From an uncultured Ruficoccus sp. (GTDB lineage Bacteria > Verrucomicrobiota > Verrucomicrobiia > Opitutales > Cerasicoccaceae): a DNA stretch of 64,000 bases. The position numbers and the translations under genes were made by a program. The notes beneath the pieces were generated by a model. It made no database searches, had not been told where the DNA came from, and worked only from the letters and a program-made list of their open reading frames with translations. The stretch lies in the NCBI GenBank assembly GCA_965140785.1, contig OZ223473.1, positions 1-64,000 of the forward strand, in the 5' to 3' direction. Positions 9,393 through 18,716 of this stretch are shown piece by piece (within the stretch, counting starts at the first letter, position 1; each line of letters starts with the position of its first letter).

Positions 9393-11371
9393 TCAGGGGA
9401 TGAGGATTTTCATGCGCAGGCTCTGAGCGGCGGCCTCTTCGGGCTTGAGCTCCAGCGAACGGTCAATGGCCACCAGGGCTTGATCGCGGGTGGCCGGGTT
9501 AATATTGAGATAGGAAGAGAGATAGTACCAGGCGATGGGGTTGTTGGGCGCGACTTCGGTCGCCCGCCGGTAGGCCTCGCCGCTGCCGACATAGTCGCCG
9601 CGCATCCACCTGGCCGTCCCCAGGGCGATCCAGGCCTCCATATAGTCCGGGCTGATCGCCAGTGCCTGATCGGCCTCCTTCTCGGCCTCCGCGCCGTACT
9701 CTTCGTGTCGGGAGGGATACTCGAAGCTCTGGCTCAGGATCGCTTTGGCCAGATTCGTCCGCAGGCGCGGGTTGTCCGGGTCGGCCTCAACCGCTTCCCG
9801 GCAGAAGAACAGCATGTCTTCCAGGGTGTGCTCCTCCTGCGTCTCGCGCTCCCGCAGCGCGGCGGAGGCTTTCTCAAGCTGGCGCTCTCCTTCGAAGGCG
9901 TAGGCCTGCCCCAGCAGGTACTGGCTCGAAACGCTCAGCAGCGCCACCGTGACCACCACGGCAGCTCCGACACAGCCCAACCCCGCGAGTTTACCCGCCT
10001 TCACCGTGTACACGTGAGTCGGCAGGCATTTGACCATGATAGCCAGATAGACCGCCACGATGAACAGCAGGGCCGGCACGCGCAGGTTGAACTCGAAAAA
10101 CAGTTGAAGGCCGAAGGCGAAAAAGGCCATCAGGATGGCCATCAGGAACATGCGCTTGTTCGGGACCACTTTGCGCTTGGCCGGGTGCTCAAGCAGGACG
10201 AATTGCGGCTGGGTGCTCAGCCCGCGGGCGGCCTGGACAACCATCCAGATCACCGGAAGGATAAAGACAACCCCCAGCAGGCCGAAGTCACTCAGGAAAT
10301 TCAGATAGGCGCTATGGGCATAGACCGGGTCGTAGTTGAAGCCCTCGGGGCGGCGCAGTTCAAAGAACCATCCGTAACTGCTCATCCCCTGCCCCAGAAA
10401 CGGATGGGCCAGGAAGTTCTTGAACGCGGCCAGCCAGAGCGCCGGACGCGGGTCGCTGAAGTCGCCCTTGAGCAGCGCGTCGATGGTCTGCTCAAAGCCG
10501 GACTTGGAGAAATACAGGTAGGCCATGCCTGTCACCGGAATCAGCAGCGCACACAGGAAGGCATACATTTTCCACTGCGGGCGCGTAGCCAGCAGAAACG
10601 GGCATAATAGCAGTCCGCCCGTCATTGCCAACAGCGCCGGCAGACTCTGCGTCAGGGTCAGTGCGCACATCGCCAACAAGGCCAGAAAAAAGCAGAAGAA
10701 GCGGATCGGCGGGTTGAGGCGGCGGCAGAACGCCCCCACCAACAGCGGGCTCAAGATCAAGAGCATCAGGCCCGCGAAAGCCGACGGCGAGCCCATCGTG
10801 CCGGCGGCACGCCCCAAAAAGGCAGAGGCCAGCTTCAGTTGATACGAGCCACCGTCCAAGGGATTCACCACGGCCGGGGACCAGTTGGACTGGCGCATGG
10901 TCTGGTTAAAGGCGGACAGAATCGTCAAAGCTGAGTAAAAACAAATAATCGCCAACAGCAGCCACACATGCTGGCGTTTGCGCAGGTTGTGAACCGCCAC
11001 CCAGAAAAGAATAAACGCTTCCAGAATCAGGATAAAATCCCTCTGAGCCTCCCACCCGACCGGCGAAAGTACCAGCCACTGCAAAAGGGCGTACGCCAGG
11101 AACGGAACCAGCAGAAGGGCGTTTTTCTGAAACGTATAGACCCCGTTCTGAGGACTGATCGCAAACCAAATCCCGTGGAGCATCAAGAGTCCGCCACACA
11201 TCCACGCCGTCACCACCTGTGTCTCGGCGCGAACCCCGCCCATCTGCCAGATATTGAAGCACAGAATAGCCCCCATCGTGAGCGTGATTAACCAGTCGAG
11301 CAGATTGCTCAGCGTCAGCTCCCAATCAGAAAGACCCGGAACTGTAAGGTTTTTTTCTTATGGCGAGGCAT
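9393..11371 (-). CDS. O-antigen ligase (Wzy_C) family protein with a C-terminal TPR region; probable 5' frameshift in an A7 run near 11350
   Basis: Multi-TM protein with GTMGSPSAFAG, R..LW..A...F...PFLGQG and AHSAYLNFLSDFGLLG motifs and a TPR tail. One extra A joins MPRHKKK (start 11371) to ...DWLITLTMGAIL. Confidence 0.85.
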
Positions 11372-11474
11372 GGGCAGGGAGACCGAAAAGGCTTGAAAAG
11401 AGCTTCCACTAACGGGAATTATCAGTAACGGGCAAACATAAACTGCCCACCGAAACCTTAACCCATCCGAGACC

Positions 11475-12883
11475 ATGACTCCGAAGGAAGTTCTCGCTCT
11501 GGCCAAAGCCAAAGACGTCAAGATCGTCGATCTTAAATTTTGCGACATTCACGGAAGCTGGCAGCACTTTGCCGTTCCCGTTACCGAATTAAACGAAGAC
11601 CTGTTCGAGGACGGACTCGGTTTCGACGGCTCCTCCATCCGCGGATGGCAGGGTATCGAGGCCTCGGACATGCTCGTCATGCCCGATGCGGCCACGGCCT
11701 TCATCGATCCTTTTGTCGAGGTGCCACGCTTAGTATCGTCTGCGACATCGAGGACCCGATCACCCGTGAGCCTTACAGCCGCTCGCCACGCGGCGTGGCC
11801 AAGAAGGCCGAGGAGTACCTGCAATCCACCGGACTGGCCGACACCGCCTACTTCGGCCCGGAGGCGGAGTTCTTCATCTTCGAGGATGTGCGCTACAACA
11901 GCGGTTCGAACGAGTCCTTCTACGCCGTCGATTCGGTCGAGGGTATCTGGAACACCGGACGGGAGGAGTTCCCCAATCAGGCCTACAAGATCCGTCACAA
12001 GGAAGGCTACCTGCCGGTCTCCCCGCTGGACAAACACATGGACCTGCGCAACGAAATGGTCCTGACCATGCAGGAGTTGGGCCTCACCGTGGAGGCGCAG
12101 CACCACGAAGTCGCCACCGGCGGCCAGGCCGAGATCGACCTGCGCTTTGACACGCTGCTGAAGATGGCCGACCACATGTGCATCTACAAGTACGTGGTCA
12201 AGAACGTCGCCTACCGCTCCGGCAAGACTGCCACCTTCATGCCGAAACCCCTTTTCGGCGACAACGGCTCGGGCATGCACACCCACCAGTCGCTGTGGAA
12301 GAAGGGTAAGCCCCTCATGGCCGGCGACGGCTACGCCAACCTCTCCCAGATGGGGCTGTGGTACATCGGCGGCCTGCTCAAACACGCCCCGGCCCTGTGC
12401 GCCTTCTGCAACCCGACCAACAACTCCTACAAGCGGCTCGTGCCGGGCTACGAGGCGCCCGTGACCCTCGCCTACTCGGCCCGCAACCGTTCGGCCATCT
12501 GCCGCATCCCCATGTACAGCTCCAGCCCGAAGGCCACCCGCGTCGAGTTCCGCTGCCCGGACCCCTCGGCCAATCCCTATCTGGCCTTTGCCGCTCTGCT
12601 CATGGCCGGACTCGATGGGATTGAGAACAAGATCGACCCGGGCTCGCCGGTGGATAAGAACCTTTACGACTTGCCACCCGAGGAAGCCGCCAAGCTTTCT
12701 TACGTGCCCGACAGCCTGCGCGGTTCACTCGAAGCTCTGCGCGACGACCACGAGTTCCTGCTCAAGGGCGAGGTCTTCACCGAGGATTTTATCCAGAACT
12801 ACATCAAGCTCAAGATGGCCGAGTACGACGAGATCCGCCTGCGCCCCCATCCGCACGAATACTCGCTGTATTTCGACGTGTAG
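11475..12883 (+). CDS. glnA: Glutamine synthetase type I, frameshift near 11724
   Basis: [52 protein letters not shown] and NLYDLP (adenylylation Tyr). One missing C joins the two ORFs. Confidence 0.97.
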
Positions 12884-13001
12884 GCGGACGGCCCATACCT
12901 CCTCCTCGGTGGGTTGCCGGACATCTTTGAATCAAAAGCATGATTTTTAGTCCCAATCATCATCTTTTTTGATTTCCATACACGTGGACGCGGGCATTAT
13001 T

Positions 13002-13841
13002 ATGAACCAGATGAAGTCCGCCGCTCTGCTCATCTTGTGTTTGCCATGCCTGTGCCTCGGGATCAGTGCCCAGCCCGGAGCTGAGGAAAAAGCAAGCAGT
13101 ACGATCACGGTTCCGACTGAGGGTATCACAAAGCCCGCGCGCTGTCCCGCGCCCGGAGAAACACTCACCCTCGAGTTCCCGGGCCTGCCACCCATGTCCG
13201 CAGACGGGCAGCCCAGCATCTGCCAGATCCATATCCCGGCCACCTACACACCCGAAGGAGACTTCCCGCTGCTGGTCTGGTTCAGCGGAGGCAAGGGATC
13301 TTCCAACATCGCAGCGGCACGGGAACTGGTCGATTTTGACCAGTTTGTCGTCGTCACCCTGCCCTACCCGGAGGGTCGCAGCGCCCGCCTCGCCGTCAAA
13401 AACGGCACGATCGGCGAGTTCTGGGATTACCTGGAGCCGATGATGGCTGCCGTCAGAAAAACCGTGCCCAATATCAGCAAACGGCTCCGCATCACCGGGG
13501 GCAGCAGTAATGGCGCGCACCTGGTCGGCTCCGCGATCTGTCAGCGCTGGGACGGATTTTCGGACTATTTCACCGCCTACATTCTGCATGAGGGCGGATA
13601 CGCGCCCGACAAGGACTACTCCGCCGCCCGCGGCAAGCGCATGCTTATTGTCTATGGGGAGAAATCCACCGCCCATGCCTGGCAGTTGACTTTTAATAAA
13701 GCGATCAAGCCCTCCGAGGCCCGCCTCACGTTTGTCGCCCTGCCGGATGCCGGTCATGGCCTGACCGACGAAGGCCGCCAACGCATCCGCGAATGGACGG
13801 ACCGGCTGCTGGCAGATTCGCATGAGACCCGCTCTTTATAA
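13002..13841 (+). CDS. Secreted alpha/beta-hydrolase-fold protein (esterase-like), paralog 1
   Basis: Signal peptide, PLLVWFSGGKG, nucleophile elbow G-S-S-N-G, and C-terminal His in DAGHGL. Confidence 0.7.
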   Translation: MNQMKSAALLILCLPCLCLGISAQPGAEEKASSTITVPTEGITKPARCPAPGETLTLEFPGLPPMSADGQPSICQIHIPATYTPEGDFPLLVWFSGGKGSSNIAAARELVDFDQFVVVTLPYPEGRSARLAVKNGTIGEFWDYLEPMMAAVRKTVPNISKRLRITGGSSNGAHLVGSAICQRWDGFSDYFTAYILHEGGYAPDKDYSAARGKRMLIVYGEKSTAHAWQLTFNKAIKPSEARLTFVALPDAGHGLTDEGRQRIREWTDRLLADSHETRSL

Positions 13842-13881
13842 CTCCCCCGCTCATTCACCCCGTATCCCGACCATACCCACT

Positions 13882-14730
13882 ATGAAACCCATTCGCCAGC
13901 TTCTGCTCCTGGGGCCTGCCTTGACCGGCCTTCTTCTCCTGTCCGGCTGTCCTGCCGAGCCGGAATCCTCCACCTCAGACACCCACCCCGGCTCTTACCT
14001 GGACTACCGGATCATATCCCCCAGCCAGGGCGTTGTTCCGCTCGACCAGCTCAAGCTCGTCCCCGGAGAAGTGCTCACGCTCGAGTTTCCCAACCTGCCC
14101 CCCATGCTCAACGACCAAGTCTCCCAATGCGAAGTGAGCATCCCGGAAGACTACAGCCCGGACAAGCCCGTCCCGTTTTTCCTCTGGCTCAGCAGCCAGC
14201 GCGGTTCCAGCCATATCAGCCGGGCCGAGGGGATGGTCGATTTCAGCAAATTTGTCGTGGCCACGCTCCCCTTCCCAGAGGGCAACCGGCCCCTCTTGGC
14301 GGTCAAGGACAAGACCATCGACTCCTTCTGGGACTACCTGCGCCCCATGCTGGAGGCTATTCAGGAGGTGGTCCCCAACATCAGCGACGAGGTCCGGGTG
14401 GCCGCCGGCAGCGCCAACGGCGCCCATGTCATCGGTTCGGGCATCTATCTGGAATGGCCCGGTTTCGTGGACTACTTTACCGCCTACGTGCTGCACGCGG
14501 GCGGCTACGCGCCGGGAGAAACCTACACCGGCGCGCGGGGCAAGCCCATGCTCGTGATTTACGGCGAGCAGTCCGAGGCCCTGGCCTGGCAGGATAAATT
14601 CAATGAGCAAATCGAAAACTCCGGGGCGGAACTGACCTTCATAGCGATGCCCGAGGACGCCCATGCGCTCAGCCCCGCCGGGCGCGAACGCATCCGCGAG
14701 TGGACGGACGCATTGCTTACCGACGATTAA
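13882..14730 (+). CDS. Lipoprotein alpha/beta-hydrolase-fold protein, paralog 2
   Basis: Lipobox LLLSGC. Colinear with the upstream gene (PGEVLTLEFPNLPPM, FWDYLRPM, DYFTAYVLH, RERIREWTD). Confidence 0.7.
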   Translation: MKPIRQLLLLGPALTGLLLLSGCPAEPESSTSDTHPGSYLDYRIISPSQGVVPLDQLKLVPGEVLTLEFPNLPPMLNDQVSQCEVSIPEDYSPDKPVPFFLWLSSQRGSSHISRAEGMVDFSKFVVATLPFPEGNRPLLAVKDKTIDSFWDYLRPMLEAIQEVVPNISDEVRVAAGSANGAHVIGSGIYLEWPGFVDYFTAYVLHAGGYAPGETYTGARGKPMLVIYGEQSEALAWQDKFNEQIENSGAELTFIAMPEDAHALSPAGRERIREWTDALLTDD

Positions 14731-14959
14731 CCCCGCCAAATTTGAGCCCGGGCAGATCCGTTTGCCTCGGGCGGAAATCGGAGATGGGATGGGCGGAAAG
14801 GCATTTTCTACGGTTGCGAAAACGCCCGGGAATAATTTATATTCATTGCTTCTCTCACCGGGTTCGGCCTGTTTACGACTGTAAATTTTCTTTCCAAAAA
14901 AGAAACTTTGCGGTCGTTTGTTGGTCTTTTACCCCTATCGGATTCAAGCAATTAAAACC

Positions 14960-15949
14960 ATGACTGCGACACTCCCCGAAATGAACGAAAAGGTGAAGGC
15001 AGCAGCGGCCTGGGTGCCGGCACTTCGCCAGGAAATCAGCAAAGTCATCATCGGTCAGGATTACCTGGTCGAGCGTCTCCTGGTCGGGCTTTTAGCCAAT
15101 GGCCACGTCCTGCTCGAAGGCGTTCCCGGCCTGGCCAAGACCCTCTCGGTCCGCACACTGGCCAGCTGCATCGACGCGGAGTTCTCCCGCCTGCAGTTCA
15201 CGCCCGACCTGCTCCCGGCGGACATCATCGGGACGTTGATTTACAACCCGCAGACCGCGGAGTTCTACACCCGCAAGGGCCCGGTCTTCGCCAACCTCGT
15301 GCTGGCCGACGAAATCAACCGTGCCCCGGCCAAGGTGCAGTCCGCCCTGCTGGAGGCCATGCAGGAGCGACAGGTCACTCTCGGCGACGAGACCTACACC
15401 CTGCCCTCGCCCTTTCTCGTGCTGGCCACGGAAAACCCGATCGATCAGGAGGGCACCTATCCGCTGCCCGAGGCGCAGGTGGACCGCTTCATGCTCAAGC
15501 TGAAGATTGGCTACCCCACCCGCGAGGAGGAGCGCGCCATTCTCGAGCGTATGGCCTCGACCACCCCGAAGATGGAGGTCAACGCCGTCATCCGCCCCAG
15601 CGACATCCTCGCCGCCCGCGAGGTGGTGGACGGCATCTACGTGGACGACAAGGTCAAGGACTACATCGTCGATATCGTTTTCGCCACCCGCAAGCCCAGC
15701 CAGCACGGGCTCCAGATGGACCATTTTGTGCAGTTCGGGGGCAGTCCCCGCGCCACCATTGCCCTGACCCTCGCGGCCAAGGCCTGGGCCTTCCTGCAAG
15801 GACGCGGCTACATCACCCCGCAGGACGTCAAGACCATCGGTATGGATGTGCTGCGCCACCGCGTCATCCCGACCTACGAGGCCGAGGCCGAGGATATGAC
15901 CAGCGAGGACATTGTCGCGAAAATCTTCGAGACCGTCCCCGTTCCGTAA
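14960..15949 (+). CDS. moxR: MoxR-family AAA+ ATPase
   Basis: GHVLLEGVPGLAKT, RLQFTPDLLPADI, LADEINRAPAKVQSALLEAMQE and YPLPEAQVDRF. Confidence 0.96.
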   Translation: MTATLPEMNEKVKAAAAWVPALRQEISKVIIGQDYLVERLLVGLLANGHVLLEGVPGLAKTLSVRTLASCIDAEFSRLQFTPDLLPADIIGTLIYNPQTAEFYTRKGPVFANLVLADEINRAPAKVQSALLEAMQERQVTLGDETYTLPSPFLVLATENPIDQEGTYPLPEAQVDRFMLKLKIGYPTREEERAILERMASTTPKMEVNAVIRPSDILAAREVVDGIYVDDKVKDYIVDIVFATRKPSQHGLQMDHFVQFGGSPRATIALTLAAKAWAFLQGRGYITPQDVKTIGMDVLRHRVIPTYEAEAEDMTSEDIVAKIFETVPVP

Positions 15950-16024
15950 ACCCATTCCTGGCTTGATCATGAGGCGCTGAACGCAGACCCGCGGCCCGGC
16001 TCCGACACCTATTATTGATCACCC

Positions 16025-16954
16025 ATGCAGTCCTCAGACAGAACCCGCGAAATCCTCAAAAAAGTCCGGCAGGTGGAGATCCGCACCAACCGGCTCGTGA
16101 CCGACGCGCTCGCCGGGGCTTACCACAGTATCTTTAAGGGCCAGGGCATGGACTTCGAGGAGGTCCGCGAGTACACCCCCGGCGATGATGTCCGCTCCAT
16201 CGACTGGAACGTCACGGCGAAAATGGACCGCCCTTTCATCAAGAAATTCCGCGAAGAGCGCGAGTTGACCATCATGCTTCTGGTCGATCTGTCCGCCTCC
16301 GGCTCCTTCGGCTCAACCGAAGAGTCCAAGCGCGAACGCGCCGCCGAGATCGCCAGCGTGCTCGCCTTTTCTGCCGTGCGCAACAACGACAAGGTCGGGC
16401 TCATCCTTTTCACCGACCAGGTCGAGGCCGTTATTTTACCGAAAAAAGGCCGCCAGCACGTCCTGCGTGTCATCCGCGAGATCCTTTACTTCGAGCCGCA
16501 GCATACCGGCACCGACATCGTCAACGCGCTCGATACCATGAACCGCATGCTCAAGCGCCGCGCGGTCGCCTTTCTGGTGACGGACTTCCTGCAAGGACCC
16601 AACGGCAGCCTGCCCGAGCCCGAAAATCGGCACGGCGACGCGGTCTTTCGTACCCTAACCCTGACCAACAAACGCCACGACCTCACCGCCATCGTCATAG
16701 CCGATCCGCGTGAGGCCGAACTGCCGGATATCGGAATCGTCACCCTGGAGGACGCCGAGACCGGCCAGGTCGTCGAGGTGGACACCTCCAGCCGCCAGTT
16801 GCGCGGGCTGTACAAAAAAGAGAACGAGCGCCGCCTGGACCAGCTCTGGCGCGGGCTACGTCAGTCCGGCGTGGGCGTGATCCCCGTCAGCACGACCGAG
16901 CCGTACATCACCCGGCTGCGCCAGTATTTCTCCAACCGGAGCAAGCGCCGATGA
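16025..16954 (+). CDS. DUF58 domain (vWA-like) protein
   Basis: FKGQGMDFEEVREYTPGDDVRSIDWNVTA and EERELT...DLSAS; directly follows moxR. Confidence 0.93.
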   Translation: MQSSDRTREILKKVRQVEIRTNRLVTDALAGAYHSIFKGQGMDFEEVREYTPGDDVRSIDWNVTAKMDRPFIKKFREERELTIMLLVDLSASGSFGSTEESKRERAAEIASVLAFSAVRNNDKVGLILFTDQVEAVILPKKGRQHVLRVIREILYFEPQHTGTDIVNALDTMNRMLKRRAVAFLVTDFLQGPNGSLPEPENRHGDAVFRTLTLTNKRHDLTAIVIADPREAELPDIGIVTLEDAETGQVVEVDTSSRQLRGLYKKENERRLDQLWRGLRQSGVGVIPVSTTEPYITRLRQYFSNRSKRR

Positions 16955-17685
16955 GCTTTTCGTTTTCACGTATCCAGTTTTTAATGACAGGCTCGCTGCT
17001 TGCCGCCGCGCCCCTCGCCCTGCATGCACAGGAAGAAGACGACATTATGGACATCCGTGGCCTGGCCGGGGACACCTTCTGGGAGGCGAACTGGCCCTGG
17101 CTCGTCCCGGCGATTGTCGTTGGCGCGATTGTAGTTATTTTCCTGATACGCCTGATTATTAAGCGTCTCCAGCGCCCGCGCCCGCTGACGCCGCGCGAGC
17201 TCGCCCTCAAACAACTCGACGAGGCCCGCGGCGTCCTCGATGACGGCCAGCCCGAGGCCGACAAGCGCTTCTCTTTCGCCGTCTCGGACGCCCTGCGCGG
17301 CTACCTGGAGCGGGCCCTGAGCCTGCGCGCCCCCGAACAGACCACGGAGGAGTTTCTCGCCACCGCTCGCCACAGCCCGCGCCTCACCCCCTCGGCGGTG
17401 AGCGTATTGGGCGAATTCCTGCAACTGTGCGACCTGGCCAAGTTCGCCCGCCACGCCTTTGGACCGGACGAGCGTGAGCGCTTGCTCGCCACCGCTACCG
17501 ACTTTATCGAAAAAACCGACCTGAGCGAGGAAACCGGCAGCACCGCCGGTCTCGCCGAAGTAGAACGCGACGAGGTCGAGGGCGACATGCGCAAGCTCAT
17601 CGCCCCCGCCTCCAAGCCCCAAATAGCCTCGACGGCCCATGCCGCCGCCCCGCCGGAGATCCCGACGACTCCGCCCAAGCGATGA
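16951..17685 (+). CDS. Bat-operon membrane protein (DUF4381-like)
   Basis: DIMDIRG + TM + 'LRGYLE...APEQTTEEFL...CDLAKFA', in the usual position between DUF58 and batA. Confidence 0.75.
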   Translation: MSFSFSRIQFLMTGSLLAAAPLALHAQEEDDIMDIRGLAGDTFWEANWPWLVPAIVVGAIVVIFLIRLIIKRLQRPRPLTPRELALKQLDEARGVLDDGQPEADKRFSFAVSDALRGYLERALSLRAPEQTTEEFLATARHSPRLTPSAVSVLGEFLQLCDLAKFARHAFGPDERERLLATATDFIEKTDLSEETGSTAGLAEVERDEVEGDMRKLIAPASKPQIASTAHAAAPPEIPTTPPKR

Positions 17686-18716
17686 CCACGTCCCTCCAGT
17701 TTCATAACCCGGAACTGCTCTGGCTGCTGCTCGCGCTGCCGGTGCTGATCCTGTTGCGCGGGCGAGCCGGGCGCAACGCCGCCATGGTCTTCTCCAGCGT
17801 GGCGCTGGCGAAGAAGATCAGCGGGCGCACCCGCACCCGCGCCGGAGCGTGGATGTTCTTTTTGCGCCTGCTGGCGCTGGCCGCCCTGATTGTGGCGCTG
17901 GCCCGCCCACAGTTGGGCAAGGGCCACTCGGAAATCGAGTCGAGCGGGATCGACATCATTCTGGCGGTGGACGTCTCCGGCTCGATGCGCGCACTGGACT
18001 TCGCCACGAAGGACGACCTGACCAACCGCCTCGACATCGTCAAGCGCACCATCGCACACTTCATCGAGCAGCGCCCGAACGACCGCATCGGCATGATCGC
18101 CTTCGCCAAGGAACCCTTTCTGGTCAGCCCGCTGACCCTGAACCACGACTGGTTGCTCAAGCTGGTGGACAACCTCAAGATCGGGCGTATCGACGAATCC
18201 GCTACAGCCATCGGCCCCGCTATCGGCATGGCCAGCAACCGCCTGCGCGACCTCCCGGCCAAGAGCCGCGTGGTCATTCTGCTGACCGACGGCGAGGACA
18301 CGGTCAACCAGATCCCGCCCGTTGCCGCCGCCGAAGCCGCCAAGGCCTTCGGTATAAAATTCTACACCATCGCCGCCGGCTCGGTGGGGAATGTCCCCAT
18401 GCCCCGGCTCAATCAGAATGGCGACTATTTGCGCGACCGCAGCGGACGCATCGTTTACGACCTCATGCCCAGCCGCGTGGACGAGGCCATGCTCCAGGAG
18501 GTGGCCGATGTCACCGGCGGCAAGTTCTACCACGCCACCAACCGCGAGGAACTGGCGAAAATTTACGACGAGATCGACCAACTCGAAAAAACCAAGGTCA
18601 AGCTCAAGCACTACGCCACCTACGAGGAACTGTTTATCTGGCCGACCTTCCTCGCCCTGGGGCTGATCGGACTTGAGCAACTGCTGGCCAACACCCGTTT
18701 CAAACGCATCCCGTGA
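17682..18716 (+). CDS. batA: BatA vWA-domain protein
   Basis: F.NPELLWLL, ALARPQ, MIDAS DVSGSM, SPLTLNH and ILLTDGE. Confidence 0.9.
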   Translation: MTTSLQFHNPELLWLLLALPVLILLRGRAGRNAAMVFSSVALAKKISGRTRTRAGAWMFFLRLLALAALIVALARPQLGKGHSEIESSGIDIILAVDVSGSMRALDFATKDDLTNRLDIVKRTIAHFIEQRPNDRIGMIAFAKEPFLVSPLTLNHDWLLKLVDNLKIGRIDESATAIGPAIGMASNRLRDLPAKSRVVILLTDGEDTVNQIPPVAAAEAAKAFGIKFYTIAAGSVGNVPMPRLNQNGDYLRDRSGRIVYDLMPSRVDEAMLQEVADVTGGKFYHATNREELAKIYDEIDQLEKTKVKLKHYATYEELFIWPTFLALGLIGLEQLLANTRFKRIP

